A stretch of 64,000 nt of DNA from positions 1 through 64,000 of the forward strand of contig NIVC01000731.1 in assembly GCA_002269645.1 (NCBI GenBank). The letters are read 5' to 3'. Positions 54,496 to 64,000 of the stretch are shown here, in pieces. Below the pieces are notes generated by a model, which had not been told where the DNA came from, made no database searches, and saw only the letters and a program-made list of their open reading frames with translations. Every line of letters begins with the position of its first letter. The first letter of the stretch is position 1. This DNA is from Macrostomum lignano. Taxonomy: Eukaryota. The translations under genes were made by a program, and so were the position numbers.

Positions 54496-55060
54496 TGCTG
54501 GATTTACACTTTTCGAATTGCTGCTTTTTAGTATTTTAGCAGAGTGTCTGTTAAATAGCTCCGTAGGAAGCTGTGGGCTTCATCAGGGGAACTCGGCCAC
54601 AGACAGAAACTTGGCGTGCATGTCCACTGCTGTTGAACTCCTCTACACAAAAATATGAGAAATCCCCCTCTACTAGAATCTGAGAAATCCCCCTCAGAAA
54701 ATCCCACAATCTCCTATATGTTTCCGGATATTTTACAATATTCCTCGTCGGTTGACACGCAGGACAAAAGTGCCTTTCAGATGCAGCGGAGGCTGGGGCA
54801 GACCCAAAGTGCAATGCTCTCCCGCCCTCGCATTTAAGCCCACTATAAAAGACTTGCGGCATGCAAGCAGGAGGTGTTAGCAACCGGACATACAAAAAGA
54901 CATTCGGGTGCCGTAATCTAATATTAGTAATGCAACAGACGCCTTGCTGTGCTGTCGCTGATATCTCAGTGATAAGTTTGAGTCCACCGATACAGACCCG
55001 CTGTATGGGAGCCAAGCGTGACTGCCGACGGCAGTTCAGTTGAGGATTATGCTGTGTCAT

Positions 55061-56232
55061 AGGCTGGTGCTAGCTGTGTCAGACAGGGCTCCGTCTGTGT
55101 CAGCTGAGGCTGGTGCTAGCTGTGTCAGGCAGGGCTCCGTCTGTGTCAGCTGAGGCTGGTGCTAGCTGTGTCAGACAGGGCTCCGTCTGTGTCAGCTGAG
55201 GCTGGTGCTAGCTGTGTCAGGCAGGGCTCCGTCTGTGTCAGCTGAGGCTGGTGCTAGCTGTGTCAGGCAGGGCTCCGTCTGTGTCAGCTGAGGCTGGTGC
55301 TAGCTGTGTCAGACAGGGCTCCGTCTGTGTCAGCTGAGGCTGGTGCTAGCTGTGTCAGACAGGGCTCCGTCTGTGTCAGCTGAGGCTGGTGCTAGCTGTG
55401 TCAGGCAGGGCTCCGTCTGTGTCAGCTGAGGCTGGTGCTAGCTGTGTCAGGCAGGGCTCCGTCTGTGTCAGCTGAGGCTGGTGCTAGCTGTGTCAGGCAG
55501 GGCTCCGTCTGTGTCAGCTGAGGCTGGTGCTAGCTGTGTCAGACAGGGCTCCGTCTGTGTCAGCTGAGGCTGGTGCTAGCTGTGTCAGGCAGGGCTCCGT
55601 CTGTGTCAGCTGAGGCTGGTGCTAGCTGTGTCAGACAGAGCCCTGTCTGTGTCAGCTGAGGCTGGTGCTAGCTGTGTCAGGCAGAGCTCCGTCTGTGTCG
55701 TCCTCCTCACCACTTCGCGTCACCCTGTAGAGTAAAAATTCGACCGCAGCCTCGTGAGCCCATTTGAACACCCGCCCTTGAAACAGTACCTCATGACAGG
55801 TGTCAGTTCAAACAGTACCTCATGACAGGTGTCAGTTCAAACAGTACCTCATGACAGGTGTCAGTTCAAACAGTACCTCATGACAGGTGTCAGTTCAAAC
55901 AGTACCTCATGACAGGTGTCAGTTCAAACAGTACCTCATGACAGGTGTCAGTTCAAACAGTACCTCATGACAGGTGTCTGTTCACTGTCCCTGTCTGTTC
56001 ACTGTCCCTGTCTGTTCACTGTCCCTGTCTGTTCACTGTCCCTGTCTGTTCACTGTCCCTGTCTGTTCACTGTCCCTGTCTGTTCACTGTCCCTGTCTGT
56101 TCACTGTCCCTGTCTGTTCACTGTCCTCGTCTGTTCACTGTCCTCGTCTGTTCACTGTCCCTGTCTGTTCACTGTCCCTGTCTGTTCACTGTCCCTGTCT
56201 GTTCACTGTCCCTGTCTGTTCACTGTCCCTGT
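55061..56232. repeat. Three adjacent minisatellites: 46-bp (55061-55700), 29-bp (55781-55975), 17-bp (55976-56232)
   Basis: AGGCTGGTGCTAGCTGTGTCAGACAGGGCTCCGTCTGTGTCAGCTG; AAACAGTACCTCATGACAGGTGTCAGTTC; GTCTGTTCACTGTCCCT. Confidence 0.95.
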
Positions 56233-58260
56233 TCCTCCTCTCCCTCCTTGCGTACACGGAGCCTCACGGGTCTGTGAGCAAGGAGGGTGCAACTGCGAGT
56301 TAAATATGTAGGAGAGCAGCTGGGCCTTACGATCTTGTTCACTACCACAGATCGAGACTGTCTACAAAGCTCAGGTACTTGCTTTCCCTGCAGAGAGGCC
56401 AGGATTACAGTACAACATTTTACAGCGAGGCCCAGGCAAATTGAAGCAATTTGTGACAATCGAGCATTTTCGGCAGTAAAATTGCTTTCACCCCGATTCT
56501 ACGCTGCTGCTGGGTGTCCCAGTACTGCAGCAGAAGCTGCATGAAGCTGGCAGGCGGGTTTATTCCGCAGAGAATGGCGAAACCCATTAGCGAGAGGGAA
56601 CCGAGCCCCAGTGTAAATCACAGGCACCGAGGCCGAAGTCGGTCAGCTGGCCTCGGCCTTTCAAGTTCCTCTCCAAATTGCCTTCTGTCAGGCTGCGGCC
56701 CGGCCTGTTTTCAAACTTTTACAGCAGCCTCCCGCAGCCGTGCGAGATTAAGATCGAAGGTCCGACCGACCTCTCCAGTCTGGAAAGGTCTGGGGGCTGC
56801 GGCCGCCAAGGAGTCCTGCCTCTCACCTGAAGGGGGGCGCGTCGCCGATTGCAAAGTCGAAAAGCGGCAGCTGCGCCGGTCTGTCCACCTACTGAGAGCC
56901 CCGTTCCCACGCCCGAAGAACAGCGGAGTGTTGCTTCAAATTCTGCTCGATATTCGCTCCACTCAGAATAGAAATCAAGACATTTTTGGGGGTTTTGGCC
57001 TTTAAAAACTCGTTCGCGGATTTGGGAAGACTTTTGCTCACCACAAATCAATAATGTTCAAGCATTGCGAGGAGTGAGGAATAGCTTGCAGTTCCCACTG
57101 AAGCTTTTGCATGCGGAGGGATTAGCAGACCTGAGCACAGAGAGCAACTCTCAATTTCGTTTCCACCGAGGACGTTGCTCGTGTACTGGGCTGCTCAGCG
57201 AGGTCATGAGATCTGATTCCCCGGCACCTTCTGTTGATCTGGGCAGGGCCGACCGAAGAATCTCCTTGCTCCGCCAGTTTTGAGGCTCCTGTCCCAACTG
57301 TCCGCCCCGGGCGCCAGTCCAGCATTGATTTTTGCGAGAGAAGTGCGGCTGAGCCCGACTGCCTACTGGGCCTGGTCGCTAGGCATTGAAGTCCTTTTGA
57401 GTTATTCTTGTCCGGCCAGGCCAGGGCCAGCAGAGACCTGAATGAGTGCGCGACGGCTGCCCGACAGACGATGCACTCTGGGAGATTTCGGGCAGGGCAA
57501 TTAATTCTATGATATTTCTCTAAGGGGAAGAGGGTCCTGGCATGCTGCTGGTCCGGCACTTGCAGGTGTTTTTCTTGCATGGGCTGACAGCTCAACACAG
57601 ACTATGCAGAAGTCAAGTAAAGGATGCAGCATATCGAGCTGGTCCTGACTGATCCTGGTCTTCCGCTCCCGTCGGGTCGTTAACAAAGCAAAGCCAGATG
57701 CGAGCTGACAGGTGACAAACAGGGAGCCCCCAGAGTGACATTGCCTACTGAAAGGTCGCGGTCTTTGCTAAATAAATATTGTAGGTTTTAAAAATCCGAG
57801 CGTTTTAAAATATTGCTTTTACTCTGCGAGAAAAAGCAGAAGACAGAACTTTACTGGCCAAGTGAATTTACAACAAAGTAAATAAGGCGCTGCGCTTATT
57901 TTCGGTCAGCTTTCAGTTGAGGTTTAAAGTAGCGCTTTGAAAATATAAACTCGGACTAGCGGCAATGGAGTGGTGAAAAGTTCGTTCTGGCACAATGTCC
58001 AAATAGTCAGAAATGGTCGTCTTTGCGATTGTGTCCGCTGAAAGAATCTCGGTGCAAATGAACAGCGGCTGCTGCGCGTGAGAGGCTGAAGAAATGCACG
58101 GGATTCGGGCGAACGGCACACAGGGCATGATTAATGAGGAGGTGCAAGCAGATTTTACAGGTATTTGGTGCTGGGCAACGGGAAGCAAGCAGGGAAGCGG
58201 GAGGCGGGGCGAAATAAAGTCGCGAAGACTTCGATTCTTAAAACTTGATACAGCGATCGG

Positions 58261-60318
58261 CTACACACTGGACACCATGCCGATCTGCACCGCCCGCGGC
58301 CGCTTCACCGGGTCGCCGCCCGCCGAGCTGCAGCTCAGGGTGGAGGCCGACATTGTGATGCCGCTGTTCAGCCTGTTCTCTGTCGCCGCCGCCGCCGCTG
58401 CCGTCGCCACGCTGTTGCTGCCCGCCTCGTCGTCCTGCCCTACTTCAGCCGAATTTATGTCAGCCGGCGAGTTTCGCGTCACCTGCGGCGACGGCGGCGG
58501 CGGTAGCGGCGTCCTGCGGTTGTACTCAACCAGCCGAGTGACCTCCTCGTGAGGGGACAGCGCCCGCCGCAGCTGGCCATAGTAGTGTCCATTCTGGCGA
58601 ACCGAGCGCTTGCGCCGGAAGATGGCGTCCAGTCCCAGAAAGTCAAGCAGCAGGTCGCAGAACTCGAACACGGTGATGAGAGAAGCGCCAACCCACAGGC
58701 CGACGCAGCCGCCGACGTCAGTGAGGAAGCGGCTCAGCGGGTACTCCTCGTCTTCGAGCATCTCGTCAGCAAACAGAGACGATGGAACGATCCGCAGGTA
58801 CATGAAATTTCTTTCCACGAAATCTACGTTGAGAAGCTCAAACTGGCCGTTCGTCAGCACCTCTGAGATGTTCATCGGCTCTGTCGTGCTATTGAGTTTC
58901 AGGGCCTTGGATGCCAGGTCTGTCGTTCCGTACTTTTTTAGCTCATCGCGTTCCATCATGCTCAGCAGTCTCAGCCAACCGCGGTGCGTTTTGCGCTCAA
59001 TCACGGCTGGAAAATTCGCCTGACTGATCACAGTTGAATAGGTGGTGTGCTCGCACAGGTCTTTGTAGCACATCTTCAACGGGTTCGCCTCCTTTACCTG
59101 ACGGTGCATTCGATTGGCGCAATCGCTGTCGTTAAAGTGCTGGTCGAACCACTTGAAATCCCGACAGAACGGATATTTTTCGTCGTCATACTTTAGCGGG
59201 TATTCGTGGCCGACGCACTTGCACTGCTGCTTGATGGCAGTCTGCGTGATGTTCTCCACGCAGTCGGTGCGCGTCTCTTTGTAGAAGCGTCTCTCGCCAG
59301 TTTCAACATCCACATAATCGTAAATGTCTCTGTGCGACTCGCACAACTTCAGCTTGCGCAGGTGCTGCTTGCGGGTCATGTGAAGGTCAACCTGGGCGTA
59401 CTTGTCGAGTAGGAAGCTCTCGCCAATTTGCGGATAAGTCCCGGGTTCGTGCAGCATCAGAAGCACCCCACTGGGCATTCCGATGAGACCGTGTGCGTCC
59501 AGGTACTTGAACTCGTCCGGGTACTCGACTCCTTTGTACAGCAGGAGGAACAGGTCGGGCCGGAAGCCGCTGCTGAAGGCCTTCTTGTTGGATCGGCTGA
59601 TGGCGTCGCGGCCCAGCTTGGTGATGTTGAGCTGATAGCAGGCTCCGTACGGCCAGCGACGGTGCGTGATCCAGGAGCTCGAGCAGCTGTCCTTGTGAGT
59701 GCCCATGTACCTGCAGTCTTGCACAAATATCTCGTGCGGGATGCTGTACAAGGTGATGTTTCTCTGCATGTACAGGTAGTCCGATATGTACACGCCCTTT
59801 ATGACGCTAGTGAAGACGCCCCTTTTCCAGTTCTTCAGCTTTGCTGCTCGCTGCTTGTAGATTTTTTTATCCTGGTCGTATTGCTTAATGACTCTCAATA
59901 AATCTTCGTAGTGCTGCGAGTTCTTCGGTGGAAAGAAAATCGGGTTTATGTTGCAGACTGTGATGTCCGGAAACTTGAACGACAAGTGGTCGTGCTTGAC
60001 GTTAGTGAGCACCGGTACTTGAATGTACTTCACGGCGATGTGATACAGATTCGTGAGGAAGCCGCAGCTCGCCGCGCTGAAAATCAGCATCCAGAAGATT
60101 CGCCGCCTGGCGCTTCTGGCCTGCGCGATGTGATTGAGGCCGTGGATGGTCGACCGCTTGGAGAACGCGAGCACCATCTGGCCGATCTGCTGAGCTGAGG
60201 TGGGTGACCTGGGCTGCAGGCAATCGCTGAAGGAGGTCGAGCCGGGGACACAGGGGCTGCTGTGATCGCCGCCACCGCTGCTGCGACCCTGTTTCAGCTG
60301 CTGTGTCTGGTTGGACAT
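58261..60318 (-). CDS. DEG/ENaC/ASIC-family amiloride-sensitive sodium channel, intronless, 685 aa
   Basis: STIHGLNHI pre-TM1, FPDITVCN, Cys-rich thumb region, TM2 FLTDVGGCVGLWVGASLITVFEF. Confidence 0.93.
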   Translation of the reverse strand: MSNQTQQLKQGRSSGGGDHSSPCVPGSTSFSDCLQPRSPTSAQQIGQMVLAFSKRSTIHGLNHIAQARSARRRIFWMLIFSAASCGFLTNLYHIAVKYIQVPVLTNVKHDHLSFKFPDITVCNINPIFFPPKNSQHYEDLLRVIKQYDQDKKIYKQRAAKLKNWKRGVFTSVIKGVYISDYLYMQRNITLYSIPHEIFVQDCRYMGTHKDSCSSSWITHRRWPYGACYQLNITKLGRDAISRSNKKAFSSGFRPDLFLLLYKGVEYPDEFKYLDAHGLIGMPSGVLLMLHEPGTYPQIGESFLLDKYAQVDLHMTRKQHLRKLKLCESHRDIYDYVDVETGERRFYKETRTDCVENITQTAIKQQCKCVGHEYPLKYDDEKYPFCRDFKWFDQHFNDSDCANRMHRQVKEANPLKMCYKDLCEHTTYSTVISQANFPAVIERKTHRGWLRLLSMMERDELKKYGTTDLASKALKLNSTTEPMNISEVLTNGQFELLNVDFVERNFMYLRIVPSSLFADEMLEDEEYPLSRFLTDVGGCVGLWVGASLITVFEFCDLLLDFLGLDAIFRRKRSVRQNGHYYGQLRRALSPHEEVTRLVEYNRRTPLPPPPSPQVTRNSPADINSAEVGQDDEAGSNSVATAAAAAATENRLNSGITMSASTLSCSSAGGDPVKRPRAVQIGMVSSV

Positions 60319-61854
60319 TTCGGCACGGCTCGAGTTCCAAGCCAGTGTAGCACCAGGCTGAGCGGAGTGTGTCGCTCCTGCACCGTTGCTTCTGCAGTGA
60401 GCGCAGTTTCAATTGTGGCTGAGCAATACTGGGGCTTCTGCTTACAGTTGGTAATGTCGGACTTTTCGGTCCTGGTCTCAGTTCTATGCTGTCAGCGAGG
60501 GAACTTTCGGAAATGGAATACGAGAGACACGGAGAGGAAGTTTAGTGCAGACTGGCTGGGGATCGCCGCTAGCAGCCAATGACGGAAGTCCCTGGCGCTC
60601 ATTGGGAATTCGCGCGCACCCAAAGTTCTCTGCGAAGGTCTGAGGGCGGTGTTGGCGACTTGTCAGATAGGATAGGCTCATCCCGGGCTTCACTTCCACT
60701 GGGCTGCCTCGGTGTTGCGGGCTTTGGAACAGCGAGTCGCGCTCCATCGCAGAGGAAGCTGAGCCCCTGACTGTAGAAAGCAGCCGATGCGTGTCGCCCT
60801 GGCGCATGCAGAGACCTGGAACAGTGCCAGAAGACGCGTGACGACAATGCGGGTTGACTTTGGTAGAGCTTTGGTAGTGTGACCTACCTACCTAATTCTT
60901 GAAATTTATCTGAGGCCTGCCATACCGTTCTTATCTTGACGCTTCATCATTTTGCATTTTCTCTTGCTGGTTGCATTCAAGATAACCCAGAAAGGACACT
61001 GAGCCGTGAGGACGAATCTGTCTGGTTCGCTGCTTGACCCAAAAGAAAAATGCCGCTGTTTGCTTTTGGAGCCTTGCAGCAATGAGACTGAAAGGGAAGC
61101 AGGTTCTGCCACCGCGAATGGAGAGCCATTCGCGACTTCTTGAGTACCAACGTGTGCTCTCTCGGGCTCCAGAAAAGAAAGCAAACAAAAAACAACAAAA
61201 TTACTTTTCCTAGGCTGAGGCTTAAGCGAATATGGACGAGCTGTCTCAGCTGCGCCAAGCAACCAGCCGGGTACTTTTGCCCCCCCCCCAGAGGGAGTGA
61301 GAGAGCGTGAGGGCGAAAAATCCCCTCCCCAACCCACCCCTCTCGGAGCCTCCCGATACCCGCCGCCATAATTGACACTAATTTCACGACACCACGGCAG
61401 CCTCTGGCTGGCGCGACTCCACGGATTTCAATCTGAGGAAGGGGGTAGAGAGGCCAGAGGAGCCGGACTGGGATGGGGTAAGGGAAAAGAAGAAATGGAT
61501 GGGATATTTTGATCCCAGGCGCCTTAAGTCTCCCGCGTCGGACAGAGCGGGGCGATAATGAAGGAGATTAGTAGTGGGAGGGCGCCAGCCTGATGAGGCG
61601 GCCCAGCGCTGACTTCCAGGCCTTGGCAAGCCAAGTTGTGGAAACTGCAAAGCTGCTGCAGGCTGGGGAGCTGCATTCATAATCCAGCAGCAGCTCGTGC
61701 CGCCTCCCGGCCGGTCTGGCACTCCCGCATCCTAGGGGATCAGGTTTCTCTTCCCGAACTCTCTCCGTGGTGTCTTGCTTTTTTGTTCCGCAGTGTCCGC
61801 CGCACTTGCGGCTGCGAGTTCGCAGCAAGCTTCGGTTGGCGACCGGCCGCTGAG

Positions 61855-63432
61855 CTGACTGACTGACTGACTGACTGACTGACTGACTGACTGACTGACT
61901 GACTGACTGACTGACTGACTGACTGACTGACTGACTGACTGACTGACTGACTGACTGACTGACTGACTGACTGACTGACTGACTGACTGACTGACTGACT
62001 GACTGACTGACTGACTGACTGACTGACTGACTGACTGACTGACTGACTGACTGACTGACTGACTGACTGACTGACTGACTGACTGACTGACTGACTGACT
62101 GACTGACTGACTGACTGACTGACTGACTGACTGACTGACTGACTGACTGACTGACTGACTGACTGACTGACTGACTGACTGACTGACTGACTGACTGACT
62201 GACTGACTGACTGACTGACTGACTGACTGACTGACTGACTGACTGACTGACTGACTGACTGACTGACTGACTGACTGACTGACTGACTGACTGACTGACT
62301 GACTGACTGACTGACAAACTGACTGACTGACTGACTGACTAACTGACTGACTAACTGACTGACTGACTGACTGACTGACTGACTGACTGACTGACTGACT
62401 GACTGACTGACTGACTGACTGACTGACTGACTGACTGACTGACTGACTGACTGACTGACTGACTGACTGACTGACTGACTGACTGACTGACTGACTGACT
62501 GACTGACTGACTGACTGACTGACTGACTGACTGACTGACTGACTGACTGACTGACTGACTGACTGACTGACTGACTGACTGACTGACTGACTGACTGACT
62601 GACTGACTGACTGACTGACTGACTGACTGACTGACTGACTGACTGACTGACTGACTGACTGACTGACTGACTGACTGACTGACTGACTGACTGACTGACT
62701 GACTGACTGACTGACTTTAGTGAGTGACCTGACTGACTGACTGACTGACTGACTGACTGACTGACTGACTGACTGACTGACTGACTGACTGACTGACTGA
62801 CTGACTGACTGACTGACTGACTGACTGACTGACTGACTGACTGACTGACTGACTGACTGACTGACTGACTGACTGACTGACTGACTGACTGACTGACTGA
62901 CTGACTGACTGACTGACTGACTGACTGACTGACTGACTGACTGACTGACTGACTGACTGACTGACTGACTGACTGACTGACTGACTGACTGACTGACTGA
63001 CTGACTGACTGACTGACTGACTGACTGACTGACTGACTGACTGACTGACTGACTGACTGACTGACTGACTGACTGACTGACTGACTGACTGACTGACTGA
63101 CTGACTGACTGACTGACTGACTGACTGACTGACTGACTGACTGACTGACTGACTGACTGACTGACTGACTGACTGACTGACTGACTGACTGACTGACTGA
63201 CTGACTGACTGACTGACTGACTGACTGACTGACTGACTGACTGACTGACTGACTGACTGACTGACTGACTGACTGACTGACTGACTGACTGACTGACAAA
63301 CTGACTGACTGACTGACTGACTAACTGACTGACTAACTGACTGACTGACTGACTGACTGACTGACTGACTGACTGACTGACTGACTGACTGACTGACTGA
63401 CTGACTGACTGACTGACTGACTGACTGACTGA
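61855..63432. repeat. (GACT)n microsatellite, ~1.58 kb, with few interruptions
   Basis: Directly visible. Confidence 0.98.
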
Positions 63433-64000
63433 GAATGCGGCACAACTGCCTGTTGCCTGTTGGGCAGCACTGCAGTCTGTCCCGTGTTGATGCGCCCGCC
63501 AAATGCAATAACCGGCCCCAGCAGAACCTTTTAATCGGATAAAGCGAGCCGCAGGCCTGGGCTGGAGAATTATTAATTAGTAAAAATTTAACTGAAACCG
63601 CGGCTTCGCTCAGAGAGACCAACGCATGCGTGGTCGCGGTGGAAAAAAAGTTTGATCCCAGCCAGGCAGAACTTGGGAATTTCTCCCTAACTGTCTCCTT
63701 CGGTCCCCCTTCCCATGACCGCCTGGCCAGCCCTCTATTCTGCCGTCGGGAGCTGTCCCACAGTTTTTCTGCTTCAACCTTCTATCTGTCCTGCGGCCTC
63801 CACAGCAGCAAAAAGCTCTCGAAGCTCCGAGACCCAAGCGTCCGCCAGCCCCCCCCCCCCCACTGATCTCCAGACCGTCCGGCATTGAGAACGGGAACAC
63901 ATGCTTCCGCGCTGAGTCCCAGCCGCTTCAACGACTCGCTTGAGTCGGTGACCATAAGTGCAGCAGCGGCTGGTCGACAGAGGCTAGAGGGCGGGGACGA

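Noticed and set aside
56480-56720. Kinase-like fragments on minus strand (QLTDFGLG, QYWDTQQQRR)
   Set aside because: Different frames, only ~47 codons apart (too close for subdomains VII and XI), and no HRD or VAIK motif
60484-61850. Scattered 80-140 aa ORFs upstream of the channel gene
   Set aside because: No recognisable domains or consistent splice structure
61568-63622. Poly-SQSV ORFs
   Set aside because: Translations of (GACT)n

Overview
Metazoan genomic DNA: GC-rich compact genes, AT-rich spacers and many minisatellites. The style resembles a free-living flatworm such as Macrostomum, but that is inference only. Host genes: PGAP4/TMEM246-like (partial, one frameshift), a Der p 7/Grp7-like TULIP protein, a 4-unit polyubiquitin, RUVBL1 (4 exons), a Shisa-like single-pass protein (5 exons), histone H1 with its 3' stem-loop, a non-catalytic cholinesterase-like membrane protein, MICU2/3, two unidentified secreted proteins and a DEG/ENaC channel. 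Most resolvable introns are filled by their own minisatellite, and several repeat units overlap splice sites. The most notable object is a 10.5 kb Ty3/Gypsy LTR retrotransposon (9503-20032, minus strand) with apparently identical 1195-bp LTRs and a TCAG target-site duplication. Its pol frame is entered by a canonical UUUAAAC -1 frameshift with a predicted pseudoknot. It begins with a cold-shock domain, mostly upstream of the called ORF start, followed by a long coiled coil ahead of the protease. The element also carries a duplicated PPT and a repeat-spacer array in its 3' region.
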